This document shows, in pieces, positions 39,894 to 49,922 of a stretch of 64,000 nt of DNA. Positions within the stretch are counted from its first letter, which is position 1. Each line of letters opens with the position of its first letter. The notes under the pieces were generated by a model. That model did not search any database and had not been told where the DNA came from. It saw nothing but the letters and a program-made list of their open reading frames with translations. Both the position numbers and the translations under genes were made by a program. This stretch comes from a candidate division WWE3 bacterium (GTDB taxonomy: Bacteria; Patescibacteriota; WWE3; UBA101185; UBA10185), in the NCBI GenBank assembly GCA_014729135.1, contig WJKK01000001.1:593-64592 (forward strand). The letters are read 5' to 3'.

Positions 39894-39962
39894 CGGGAAA
39901 TTGAATTTCTACCAAAAAACATAGCGCTTGACGAATGCTTGTGAACCTGCTTGAATTGATTT

Positions 39963-42251
39963 ATGAAGAAAACTAACAATCAAATTCAAGAAGCTATTAA
40001 ATATTTAAGTGCACTGGTAGCTTTTTTGCTCCCGGTCTTTTTCCTCCCCATTACTCCGGAAAAATTTGCTTTCAATAAGTTAACCCTTTTAATAGGAGCT
40101 ACTTCTGCGATGCTGATCCTCTGGGTAATTGACGTCATTAAAACAAAAACATTAAAAATTGCGAAAACACCTTTTAATCTCCCCGGAATACTATTTTTAG
40201 CCGTGATTTTAATTTCAGCAATCTTTTCAATGGATAAGACTTCAAGCATCTTCGGAGTCCAGGGCCGATGGTTCCCTTCTCTAACAGCTCTAATAACATT
40301 GGGGGCTTTTTACCTTATATTAACGTCAACAATAACTGCAAAAAAAGACATTAAAATGATTCTTTATTCCTTTGTTACGGGAAGCACTCTTGCAGCTATT
40401 ACAGCTTTAGTAAGCTACTATGGAGTTGAGCTTTTAACCGGCTCAGGCCCGTTTTTCAATACAACCGGAAGTCTGCTAACACTTGGGTTTCTAGCTGCTA
40501 TCTCTAGTACAATTGCAATTTACGAACTAATAAAGGGAGAAAACTTAGGTTTAAAAACCTTTGCAGGTGTGGTCTTTTTTGTGAACTTTGCCTATGTTGC
40601 GCTCTACAACAAGGCCGTAATCTGGATCTTTTTAGGAGTGGGCTTAGCAGGTCTTTTAGCCACAACAAAAACCGAAAAAATTAAAGAGCAAAAGCTGCCC
40701 CTTATAATAACAGGAATTTTAGCTACAACAATATTGGGACTAACTCTAACTCCTTTAACAAAGCCAATTTTTGTGCGAAACACCTATCCTAATCCCGCAC
40801 AGCTTAACTTCAGTGAATCCTGGGACATTGCAATTTCCACCATGCGCGACTATCCTCTAATAGGAACAGGCCCATCCACTTTTTACCTCAACTATCCGCG
40901 ATATAGATCAGCAGCAATGAATCAAACCGACTACTGGAATAGCCGTTTTGACAAGCCCTTTAATCAGGCTCTTTTAGTTGTGGGAACCCTGGGAATAGTT
41001 GGAATCTTGGCAGCCGCTTACCTAAACATTGAAATCATTAAAACTGCCATTAACAACCTAAAATCCGGAGATAAACCGGAAGAAACTAAGTTAAAGCAGC
41101 TTTTGGCACTACTTAGCTTGTTACTGCTAGGAAGCATGTTAGTAACTTCAACCACAGCGTTAACCGGATTTACAACAGTAATGGTAATAGGCCTTTTTGC
41201 GAGTACAATTAACTTAGAAACACAGAAATATCTTGTCTTTAGCACTGCAGAAAACTCTGTTAACGACTCTGAAAACGCCCTAAAATCGCTAACAAACGCC
41301 TCCGATGAGAACAGCGCCTTCCTAACAGTCTTAATGGTACTCCCCTTCTTAGCGCTCTCGGGAATGGGCTTTTTGGCAATCTACAAAATGTACCCTTCGG
41401 AATACTACATGCAAAAAGCTGTCGACCTAATTAATACGGATGCTGCTAAAAGCTTTGAATACCAGGCTAAGGCCATTCGCAGCAACCCCAACAGGTCAAG
41501 CTATTACAACACCTACGCACAAACAAACTTAGCCATGGCCGTGAACTTATCAAAAAAGAAAGAGCTTACTGATGCGGAAAAGCAGGGTTTTCAGGATCTT
41601 GTTTCTACTGCAATTCGCGCAACTAAGATCAGCACAGAAACGGTTAACCCGTGGAACCCAGCAAACTGGGAAGTGCGATCCAACGTTTACAAGGCCATTA
41701 GAGGTGCGGCGGAGGATGCTGACACTTGGGCAGCACAAGCGCTAGAGCAAGCTATTCAGTTAGATCCCAATAATCCGAGATTGCGTGTGGAGTTGGGAGG
41801 CCTTTACTTTGCCCGAGAAGATTATGCAACAGCTGCCGGATACTTTAGGCAGGCCACAAACTTGAAACCCGACTATGCCAATGCTTACTACAACTTTGCT
41901 CAGGCGGTGAAAAACCTGCAGAATTACGCTTCAGCCAAGCGAGCCTTGGAGTTGACGTTAAGTTTGTTACCGCAGGATTCCGAGGATTATGCCCAGGTTG
42001 AAAAGGAGATTGCGGAGTTGGCGGATTTATTGGCTACTGCAGAAGGAGCCGTTGAGGATAAGCCTACTGTGGAGGAACTGGAGCGTCAGGCGCAAATTGA
42101 GGAAGCTGCTGAGGAGGTTACGGAGCAGGAGCCTTTGACGGTGGAGGGTGAGGAGGAGGTTGTAGCTCCGGTGGATTTGGATGCTGTTGATGAGGAAGTG
42201 GATTCTGAGGCTGAAGAGGACGCCGAAGTCGAGGAAACCGAGGAGGAATAG
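39963..42251 (+). CDS. O-antigen ligase-like polytopic membrane protein with TPR tail
   Basis: About 12 TMs, PLIGTGPSTF (Wzy_C-like), TPRs (AIQLDPNNP, LKPDYANAYYN), acidic tail. Confidence 0.82.
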   Translation: MKKTNNQIQEAIKYLSALVAFLLPVFFLPITPEKFAFNKLTLLIGATSAMLILWVIDVIKTKTLKIAKTPFNLPGILFLAVILISAIFSMDKTSSIFGVQGRWFPSLTALITLGAFYLILTSTITAKKDIKMILYSFVTGSTLAAITALVSYYGVELLTGSGPFFNTTGSLLTLGFLAAISSTIAIYELIKGENLGLKTFAGVVFFVNFAYVALYNKAVIWIFLGVGLAGLLATTKTEKIKEQKLPLIITGILATTILGLTLTPLTKPIFVRNTYPNPAQLNFSESWDIAISTMRDYPLIGTGPSTFYLNYPRYRSAAMNQTDYWNSRFDKPFNQALLVVGTLGIVGILAAAYLNIEIIKTAINNLKSGDKPEETKLKQLLALLSLLLLGSMLVTSTTALTGFTTVMVIGLFASTINLETQKYLVFSTAENSVNDSENALKSLTNASDENSAFLTVLMVLPFLALSGMGFLAIYKMYPSEYYMQKAVDLINTDAAKSFEYQAKAIRSNPNRSSYYNTYAQTNLAMAVNLSKKKELTDAEKQGFQDLVSTAIRATKISTETVNPWNPANWEVRSNVYKAIRGAAEDADTWAAQALEQAIQLDPNNPRLRVELGGLYFAREDYATAAGYFRQATNLKPDYANAYYNFAQAVKNLQNYASAKRALELTLSLLPQDSEDYAQVEKEIAELADLLATAEGAVEDKPTVEELERQAQIEEAAEEVTEQEPLTVEGEEEVVAPVDLDAVDEEVDSEAEEDAEVEETEEE

Positions 42252-42347
42252 AACACAGGGCTCTCCTCATCCAAATCCACTTGGTTACCCCAAAGATTTA
42301 GAGAATCCAAATTTGGAAGCGGAGCAGCAAAAGTGTAAAATAACTAC

Positions 42348-42620
42348 ATGAAAGTCCTCAAATTTGGCGCAATCTGGTGCTCCGGCTGCCTCGTCATGAA
42401 ACCCAGATGGCAAAAAATCGAAAAAGAACATCCCGTATTTGAAAGCGAATACTACGAATACGACGACTGCCCCGGAAAGATAAAAAAATACGGCATCGAA
42501 GAAGGCTCCCTCCCCACTTTCATTTTCCTTGACAAAAAAGGCAACGAACTTGAAAGAGTAACCGGTGAAATTTCCGAGAAAAAAATCCTGGAATTAGTTG
42601 AAAAATACAAAAGCAAGTAA
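42348..42620 (+). CDS. Thioredoxin family protein
   Basis: FGAIWCSGC, LPTFIFLD. Confidence 0.9.
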   Translation: MKVLKFGAIWCSGCLVMKPRWQKIEKEHPVFESEYYEYDDCPGKIKKYGIEEGSLPTFIFLDKKGNELERVTGEISEKKILELVEKYKSK

Positions 42621-42626
42621 TTTCAA

Positions 42627-43994
42627 ATGAAAACTCGCAAACCCCTCAATAAATTTTTAATAATCTGTGGAGTCGCTTTTGCTGCAGTTTTTGGCAAGGT
42701 TTATGCTGCTGATTTGTGGAGTTTGAGTAGGACATTTGTCAGTGTTGTTCATGCACAATCCTCTGAACCAAAATCTGAACTCGAACCTAAAACAGAAACG
42801 CAGTTCTCTGACGAAACGGAAACACCAGAAACACAGTCCTCTACAGAACCAACACCCACCACCATAGAAATAGAAGTCTTTTGGTCAATTGGATGCCCTC
42901 ACTGTGCGGAGGAACGCAGATTTCTAAGCAAACTGGAAAAGTGGGATGAAAATGTTGCAATTAAAGAATACGAAATCAGCCGAAACAACGAAAACCTCCG
43001 GCTTTTTCAAAGTTACGACGAAAAACTAAATGCAAACGTTTCCGGAGTTCCTTTTACTGTAATCAACGAAAAAAAATATGTTCCGGGATTTGATAAAGCA
43101 GAAACAACAGGTCTGCAAATAATAAACGAGCTTCAAAAAATCCGTGGGGCAGACATCTTCTCCACATATAAAGAAGCTGAAAACTTTTATACCAAAGCCC
43201 CCGCAGAAAGCCCCCAACAAAACCAAGAAAACAACGCTATAACTCAAGAAAAATTCTCCTTTTTATTCTTCAAAGACATCAACTTAAAAACCGCATCACT
43301 CCCCTTGCTGACATTTGTCCTTGCATTAGCAGACGGATTCAACCCCTGCGCAATGTGGGTCTTGTTATTTTTAATAAGCCTTTTAATTGGAATGGAGGAT
43401 AAAAAGCGTCGCTGGATAATAGGCGGGACTTTCATTTTAGCCTCGGGCTTAGTGTACTTTTTGTTTCTTACAGCCTGGTTAAAATTCTTCCAGTTTTTGG
43501 GTTATGTTTCCTGGGTTCGCTACATCATTGGTGGAGTAGCTTTAACAGCAGCCTTTATCTACATTAAAGACGTAATAAAAGATCCGGGAGGCTGCAAGGT
43601 TGTGGGAGGTAATGAGAACCGCAAAAAGGTATTTAGCAAACTTCGAGAGTATGCGCTAAGAGACAATCTTCTAGTTGCTCTAGCAGGGATAACTCTGTTG
43701 GCGTTTGGCGTAAATTTAGTGGAATTCTTTTGCTCTGCCGGACTCCCAGCTACATTTGCTGACATCCTAGCCATGAACAACTTAAACCCCTTTGCCTACT
43801 ATGCCTACATGGTTTTTTACGTTGTGATTTTTATGATAGATGATTTTGTGGTTTTTGCTATAGCAATGATTACGTTGAAGGCTACGGGAATTGAGTCAAA
43901 GTATGCCAGATGTGCTCATTTAGTGGGTGGAATTTTGATGCTTTTTATTGGGCTGGCGCTGATTTTACGCCCTGATTTGTTGATGTTTGGGTAA
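42627..43994 (+). CDS. Glutaredoxin-like domain fused to CcdA/DsbD-type TM domain
   Basis: GCPHC and GVP; DGFNPCAMW...VEFFCSAG within TMs. Confidence 0.85.
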   Translation: MKTRKPLNKFLIICGVAFAAVFGKVYAADLWSLSRTFVSVVHAQSSEPKSELEPKTETQFSDETETPETQSSTEPTPTTIEIEVFWSIGCPHCAEERRFLSKLEKWDENVAIKEYEISRNNENLRLFQSYDEKLNANVSGVPFTVINEKKYVPGFDKAETTGLQIINELQKIRGADIFSTYKEAENFYTKAPAESPQQNQENNAITQEKFSFLFFKDINLKTASLPLLTFVLALADGFNPCAMWVLLFLISLLIGMEDKKRRWIIGGTFILASGLVYFLFLTAWLKFFQFLGYVSWVRYIIGGVALTAAFIYIKDVIKDPGGCKVVGGNENRKKVFSKLREYALRDNLLVALAGITLLAFGVNLVEFFCSAGLPATFADILAMNNLNPFAYYAYMVFYVVIFMIDDFVVFAIAMITLKATGIESKYARCAHLVGGILMLFIGLALILRPDLLMFG

Positions 43995-44403
43995 AAACCG
44001 GACAGACAGAGGGCTAATCCCTATGGAAAGGCTTTAAAACAACCAAAACAGCCTCAAAGCAGCTAAAACTGGCCTTCAACTAACAGTACTTCACCCAAAA
44101 CAACCAAAATATTCCATTGACAGTGGAATATTTTTGTTTAAAGAGTCAAATATGTCAGTGGGAATGGAATATTTTAGGGATTTGTTATAATCGGGAAGCG
44201 GTTTTGTTGAGAATAATGGAATGAGACATAACAAAGCGCGAATGAAAGGTTTTCTTTTCAAAAACCTTTCAGGCAGCAAACAAACGCCTGTAACATCTGC
44301 CTTGAGATAACAAGTCGCTTTCAGCGACTTGTTAGGTGTAACAAAAAGCTCACTCACGATCGCTTTTTGTTAAACCAAATAAAATTGCTACGCAATTTTC
44401 TTT

Positions 44404-44480
44404 GGGCCGTTAGCTCAGCTGGCTAGAGCACTACGCTGGCAGCGTAGGGGTCGGGGGTTCGAATCCCCCACGGTCCACCA
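44404..44480 (+). tRNA. tRNA-Ala(GGC)
   Basis: GGGCCGTTAGCTCAG...CTACG-CTGGCAG-CGTAG...GGTTCGAATCC...GGTCCACCA. Confidence 0.96.
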
Positions 44481-44665
44481 TTAAAGTGCCTTTGGCACTT
44501 TAATGCGCTTGTCAAAATGCAAAGCATTTTGACATGCCTGCAAAGTCTCGCCGAAGGCGAACTTTGCATATTTATTCCGCTCCGCGGAACTTTTTGGCTC
44601 AAGCAAATGTGAGCGAATGCGAACATTTGTTTGTTGCCTCACAAGTCCGAAGGACTTGTGAACCA
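44481..44665. repeat. tRNA-linked multi-hairpin array
   Basis: Six consecutive hairpins directly after CCA; last ~65 bp shared with the tRNA-Ser trailer. Confidence 0.8.
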
Positions 44666-44755
44666 AAGGCGGATTGAGTATTTTGAAACTACGCGGAACT
44701 TTTTAGCAAATACATTTCAAAAAATAGGCAAGAGCCTTTAACTTCAACAACTGAC

Positions 44756-44971
44756 TTACTCCTCTTCGCACACCTCCTGTCCCCTGTTCAAGAGGACCAC
44801 AAGGAGAAGGAGCACCAAAATGAGGCCAATATCATCCACCCAACCCGCCAGAGGCAGGGCGTCGGGAACAGCATCGAGAGGCCATGCGGCATAGCCTCCT
44901 CCGAGTATTGCCAACACCCAACTAAGGGGGTGAACTTTTTTTTCGTTATCGCCGCTAACATTCTCAGACAT
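44756..44971 (-). CDS. Small DUF1232/YkvA-like membrane protein
   Basis: YAAWPLDAVPDALPLAGWVDD; SD GGAGG before MSENV. Confidence 0.8.
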   Translation of the reverse strand: MSENVSGDNEKKVHPLSWVLAILGGGYAAWPLDAVPDALPLAGWVDDIGLILVLLLLVVLLNRGQEVCEEE

Positions 44972-45082
44972 AGAAAACCTCCTAATCTTCCTAGATACAC
45001 AAAAGAAAAGACCCTCGCGTGACCTCACCGGAACAACTCCGATGAAATACCTGCGAGGGCCTCTAAACAACAATCTTGCTGA

Positions 45083-46549
45083 TCATGGCACTATCCTGCC
45101 ATGGAGAACCATGGAGTTTGCGTAAATCTCAACCCGTAGTTCCACATCCTGGGGATAGGGACCAAAGGTGAGATCCGCAGAGCCAGATTCAATAACAACG
45201 GACTCATCCCGAGAGAAATGAGACCCGTCTGCCTTGGATATGGGAACATAGACACCCCCTGCACTCTGCAGCACATGCGGTGCCCTTTCTGTGGGAATCC
45301 CCAGATCCATCAGTACGGCGTTATACAACGTAGCGACATTGCAAGCGCCCGCGCCGATGATGTAACCACCGGAACTTCCCTTATTGTAGATGTAATCACC
45401 CGAAGTAGTCGCGTAACCGCTTGGGTGACATCCATTGAAGCTCCATCTAGTGCCTGCGGGCACGTAAATGGTATCCACACCATCCCCTCCGCAGGAAGGG
45501 GTCTCACGCTCCACCATCTCCTGCACGGTCATGATCATGTTATGCTCGAAAACCGGCATGATTAGCAGAGTCTCGCAGGTATCGAAACCTTCCCTGGGAT
45601 AGCAGGAGGTTATCGACTCCCCACGGGTGGGCTGGTCTTCCAGTTCGGCCAAGTAGGGCTCCCACCAAGCAGCTTCATACTTGACCATGACACGATTGGC
45701 ATATGTGTCATACGGCCCGGACCCGTTATAGCAACCTAGGGTCCCACGGATGTCTCCCGGATGAGCCTTCCAACACTGATCCGCCACCATAAAGGCAGCA
45801 CGTTGGTTGCCCTGCCAGGAGCCTTGAGCCATCTCCATCTTATCGGGGTGCCACCTGTCGTTGATCTGACACATCCCCCAATCGATGGAGTCTCCATTAT
45901 CACCCTGAACCAGGTCCCCATTGTCGTCGTACTGACGACTCCCGCCTGATTCGTACTCGCAGATAGAGAGTACAACCTCGGCAGGGATGGAAAACTGTGG
46001 CTCAGATTCCAGGAGGTAGGCATGTTCGACGATTGCTCGTCTAGACGGGTTGCCTACCTCGTCACGTGTCTCCCCCGTAAACGCACCCGTCAGCGGAGGG
46101 GGGTCGCGCGACCCACTCGTATCGGGGAAGAGATAGTTCCAGTCAAAACGCCCCTGCTCGACCGCTGTCCAGACAAGCTGAATACGATCTACGGGCGTTT
46201 GAGCGGCTGCATAGCGCCCTGCCGGAATCCAGCGACCCGGGAGAAGGAGTAGAAGTATGATGGGCAGGAAAAGCCATACAACTCCCAGAAGAATCGCTCC
46301 TTTGAGGAGGAACTCTATCTGGGCCACCCGCTTGTTTAGCCGGGCAATCATGTGCTCCGCAATCTCCCACCGCTGCGAGGGCGATAGGAAATCCGTGGCG
46401 CTCATTTGGCGCCGGGCACGATTAGCTGCTCCCGAGATGGCCCCGTAGGCAGCAACTCTGTCGTAAAGAACTTCGACATCCGTTACCAGCTCAACCCACT
46501 CCTGAACATCTTTTTCTGTAGTAGGCATGGCGCGCTTACTCACGTACAT
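45083..46549 (-). CDS. Membrane-anchored lytic transglycosylase (SLT) fused to VanW-like domain
   Basis: TM at about aa 80-105; ICEYESG...GMCQIN...YNG...Y (SLT); WSFN...IGAGACNVATLYNAV...ER.PH...ADLTF (VanW-like). Confidence 0.75.
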   Translation of the reverse strand: MYVSKRAMPTTEKDVQEWVELVTDVEVLYDRVAAYGAISGAANRARRQMSATDFLSPSQRWEIAEHMIARLNKRVAQIEFLLKGAILLGVVWLFLPIILLLLLPGRWIPAGRYAAAQTPVDRIQLVWTAVEQGRFDWNYLFPDTSGSRDPPPLTGAFTGETRDEVGNPSRRAIVEHAYLLESEPQFSIPAEVVLSICEYESGGSRQYDDNGDLVQGDNGDSIDWGMCQINDRWHPDKMEMAQGSWQGNQRAAFMVADQCWKAHPGDIRGTLGCYNGSGPYDTYANRVMVKYEAAWWEPYLAELEDQPTRGESITSCYPREGFDTCETLLIMPVFEHNMIMTVQEMVERETPSCGGDGVDTIYVPAGTRWSFNGCHPSGYATTSGDYIYNKGSSGGYIIGAGACNVATLYNAVLMDLGIPTERAPHVLQSAGGVYVPISKADGSHFSRDESVVIESGSADLTFGPYPQDVELRVEIYANSMVLHGRIVP

Positions 46550-47513
46550 CAATGCCGGACCTCATCGCAGCCTCGTCGGCATCAACAATAGTCGTGGTCC
46601 CATCGAATTTTTCGGCGGCCAAGTGGCCGCGTTTGCCCTCGCGCTTATAGTGAACTGCCTTTAGCTGCTCCGGTGCAACTCCCATTGCCCGGAGACCAGA
46701 GCGAAGCTGAGTCCACTTGTTGGCGGGAAGGGTCACCCAGTCCGCGATAGCACCCATACCCTCCGCCTGCACACGTGCCACCAGCTCTTGGCTCAAGTGC
46801 GGCGTCGCTATGCTCACCGTTTCCTTGACCATTTTCTCGTACACCTTGAGACCGTGCACGAAGTTACTCTCCATGACGAGGGCCAAGAGTTCTTCGCGAT
46901 CATGCGTCTTAGAAGCCATGGCCGGAAAGATGAGGAAGGCACCCACCGAGGCGAGAGTCAACGCGCCCAAGACCAACATGGGTAGCTGAACCGAAAAGCG
47001 GGGCATGAGAAACTGGAGCCAACCGCGAATGCCGAAGAAGACCAGGATAACCCAGAGGGACGCGGCACCGGCACCAAGCATGATGAAGAAGATACGCGCA
47101 GGGGCTTTGAAGATGTAGCGCCGAAACGCCATACCCTCGCGCACACTGATAGAAAGACTGAGCGTACCCACAACAAACCTCACGAAATGCTCCGTGAGAG
47201 CCTGAAAGAACTTGATGGTGAAGCAGAGGCCCAGCACGATTCCGAACCACTCGACGGCGGGACGCGCACCTTCCCAGGGGGCGCCAACGGTTTCCCAGAG
47301 AGACACTAGGTGTGTCGCCTCCACGATGTTCTCGACGCCGGGGATACGCAGCCCCAGCAGAATTATGCCGAAACCTACCAGGGCAAAGAAGACCATACCT
47401 GCGTGCATGGCCTTCATAGCCGAAGTGGCTGTCGTGCCAAAGCGGGCTTCTGCCGCTGCCTTATCAAGATCTTTTAGATAGTCGGGGGGTTCGAACAACC
47501 TGATTTTACTCAT
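46536..47513 (-). CDS. Hypothetical membrane protein (~4 TM)
   Basis: SD AAGGAG; hydrophobic segments; overlaps the downstream gene start. Confidence 0.75.
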   Translation of the reverse strand: MSKIRLFEPPDYLKDLDKAAAEARFGTTATSAMKAMHAGMVFFALVGFGIILLGLRIPGVENIVEATHLVSLWETVGAPWEGARPAVEWFGIVLGLCFTIKFFQALTEHFVRFVVGTLSLSISVREGMAFRRYIFKAPARIFFIMLGAGAASLWVILVFFGIRGWLQFLMPRFSVQLPMLVLGALTLASVGAFLIFPAMASKTHDREELLALVMESNFVHGLKVYEKMVKETVSIATPHLSQELVARVQAEGMGAIADWVTLPANKWTQLRSGLRAMGVAPEQLKAVHYKREGKRGHLAAEKFDGTTTIVDADEAAMRSGIDVRE

Positions 47514-47528
47514 CTTTTCTCACTCCTT

Positions 47529-48023
47529 TTATTGGGGCGGAGGAATTCTTAGTTCCTGCCCCACGTATAGTGAACTGCTGAATGACAGGCCATTTTCAGT
47601 AGCAATAGCTCGAGCGAATTCTGCCAAACTCAAACTACCGCGCGGATATTGGCGAGCAACTGCGTAAAAACCCTCACCGCTTTGAACGATATGAATAGCC
47701 TCCTCCCCCGACGAGGAAGGAGTTGGAGTCTGAGTTGGTTCGGATTCAGGTTCAGAAGGCTCCTCCGTTTCGGAAGGAGGGGCAATCGCGGACGAGGTCG
47801 GTGTGGCAGTAGGCGCAGGTGTCATGTCCTCATCCTGCACAGGCTCCGACGTCTCCTCGGGTTTCCCCATAGGAGTCGCCGGCGACGTGGCGGTGGGCGT
47901 AGGGGGCATGGCGGTTAAAGCCATGTCCTCCGGCACTAGCGCCACGTCCTGCTTGAGCAGGAAGAAAACGGCAATTAGCGCGAGCACCCACCAGTACTTC
48001 TTAAACAACTTGATTGGGTTCAT
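47529..48023 (-). CDS. LysM protein with N-terminal anchor and Pro/Thr/Glu stalk
   Basis: HIVQSGEGFYAVARQY...IATENGL...LYVGQELRIP. Confidence 0.88.
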   Translation of the reverse strand: MNPIKLFKKYWWVLALIAVFFLLKQDVALVPEDMALTAMPPTPTATSPATPMGKPEETSEPVQDEDMTPAPTATPTSSAIAPPSETEEPSEPESEPTQTPTPSSSGEEAIHIVQSGEGFYAVARQYPRGSLSLAEFARAIATENGLSFSSSLYVGQELRIPPPQ

Positions 48024-48115
48024 CGTTTTTACCTCACTTTCGATTCACTTTTGATTATTAACAAGCTAAGAGGCGGAGTGACCGCTGGGATACACCCCGC
48101 CTCAAGATTTGCACT

Positions 48116-49510
48116 CTACAGCGTCCCCGTCGTCATGACGAGGAGAACGAGTCCGACCAGAGAGGCCCCCAACACATCCCAGGGCTGCGGGAGCTGCGCT
48201 CCCATAAACCACTCAAACTTCATAAGGGGCGACTTCCAGTAAGGGGATGACTTACTCCCCCCTCCGAGAGACACGACCATGAGTCCCATGAAGATAGTGA
48301 AAACGAACCAGAAGGTTCGCCACGCAAGACCCAGGCCAAGAAACCGGAGCAAGAAGAATACCAGGCCAGCGCCGAAAACAACAAAGATAGAGAGAGCGTC
48401 CTTTCGACGCCACATATCGCTCAAGTAGAGGAGGAAGCTGAGGAGGAAACAGAAGTAGATCACCAGGGAAAAGATAGCCCCCTCAGGAGTCTCCCCCATC
48501 AAGACGGCGTAGGCGGCCTCACCAACCAGCACGGGTTGACGAGCATCTACGGTAAGTCCTAGAGTCTGAGACCATAAACCCAGGATTCCGTAGATCAGCC
48601 CGACAATCCCGTGCAGCTGAAAGTACCAGCTCCAGGGAGACAGGTCGAACTGCGGAAAAACGGAGACGAGAACCATGATGATGAGGTTGAGGAGAATCCA
48701 CCAAAGCGCCGAAACATTCCCTTGAAACAGGAAATTATCGACGGCCCCCGCCCGAAAGACAAACAGGTTGAAACCGGTCAAGATGACTGGCACCAGGATG
48801 TCTTGGGCCCACTCACCGCGAGCGTTAGCCTCGAGCGAGGACGAAACAACAAGGATCAGCAGTATGACAAAGAGAGCTACATGGAGAGGCTCCAGGGAAG
48901 CCAGGCGAATGGAGATCAAGCGCCCCTGCAACTCAAGATAGACGCCGGTGCCCTCGAAACTGGGAAGCTCGGGAATGACACCGTTGTTTACGGCCACCCG
49001 AACCCCGATGAGAGCTACTGCGACAGTGATGAGTATGATAAGGGTGCCGACGAAGGGAGCAGCGGTTAGGAAGTCTCCTGCCTTACTGCCCTTCTTCTTG
49101 TCACCATCTTTCTTGCCCTTCTCGCCTCCTTCCTTACCTTTGTCACCGTCCTTTTTGGGCTTTTCCTCTTTGGGCTCATTTTGCCCTTTGGATCCGCCAT
49201 TGCCACCGTTCCCCTTCTCCTCCTCTTCCTTATTCACTTCCTCCTCCTCAGAGGCAACGGCCGCGGGTGCAGCTGAGGGCTGCGGCGCCGGAGGCGCAGC
49301 AGTGGATGCATGAGCCTTCTCATAAGCCTCCTGGATACGTCCGGCTACGATTGCAGTATTCCGGGCGCCGTCGAAAAACTTCCGCAATTCTCCCACCCCC
49401 CTGTTATAAACCCAAACTACCTGCTCAGGGGACAGGGCCGCCACAATACCATGCTCATAGAGCTTGGTATGCAGCTCCTCCAGCGTATAATCACTCAACT
49501 TCTTAGCCAT
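48116..49510 (-). CDS. Hypothetical polytopic membrane protein with charged N-terminal linker
   Basis: SD AAGGAG; E/K/G-rich linker, then about 9-10 hydrophobic segments. Confidence 0.78.
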   Translation of the reverse strand: MAKKLSDYTLEELHTKLYEHGIVAALSPEQVVWVYNRGVGELRKFFDGARNTAIVAGRIQEAYEKAHASTAAPPAPQPSAAPAAVASEEEEVNKEEEEKGNGGNGGSKGQNEPKEEKPKKDGDKGKEGGEKGKKDGDKKKGSKAGDFLTAAPFVGTLIILITVAVALIGVRVAVNNGVIPELPSFEGTGVYLELQGRLISIRLASLEPLHVALFVILLILVVSSSLEANARGEWAQDILVPVILTGFNLFVFRAGAVDNFLFQGNVSALWWILLNLIIMVLVSVFPQFDLSPWSWYFQLHGIVGLIYGILGLWSQTLGLTVDARQPVLVGEAAYAVLMGETPEGAIFSLVIYFCFLLSFLLYLSDMWRRKDALSIFVVFGAGLVFFLLRFLGLGLAWRTFWFVFTIFMGLMVVSLGGGSKSSPYWKSPLMKFEWFMGAQLPQPWDVLGASLVGLVLLVMTTGTL

Positions 49511-49607
49511 GATCTTCTCCTTTTTTGGCTATAACGAACACTACTCCACTAAAAACGAATTTTTGAAATTTCAAGGTGCTGGGCAGCACCTTTTTTGAGG
49601 TGCAGGC

Positions 49608-49636
49608 AATATATCAAAATCTATGGGATAAGTCAA
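49608..49636 (-). promoter_or_regulatory. Promoter of island operon
   Basis: TTGACT-N17-TATATT; spacer contains TCCCATAG. Confidence 0.55.
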
Positions 49637-49922
49637 TCTAAAGTATGTGTGACAATGATGCGGGTTTTTGGTTTTTATAGGAGTCAAATACACACAGAAC
49701 TTAGCACTCTTATTTTAAATTTTTGAAAGCTATGGGTAGAAATTCTCTATCTCTAATATAAAGCCCAAATCAGATATAGTTGCGGGCATATACGAGAACA
49801 GAATGCCCTGGAGTCTGGACTTCACCCACGCAACTAAAGTTGCGAGCTATAAGTACAAGGGGATATAAAAACCTTCCTCCTAAAACCAGAGCATTTAAAA
49901 AACTAAAAACCCCCGGGGACCC

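Larger units (their letters stand above)
44756..49636 (-). other. GC-rich island: five-gene envelope operon
   Basis: Sample line 46021-46080 has 34/60 G+C versus 25/60 for flank line 43861-43920. Co-oriented genes, next to tRNA-Ala. Confidence 0.75.

Noticed and set aside
44404-49920. Integrase-mediated island with att sites at tRNA-Ala
   Set aside because: No integrase, and no duplicate of the tRNA 3' end was found at the far boundary.
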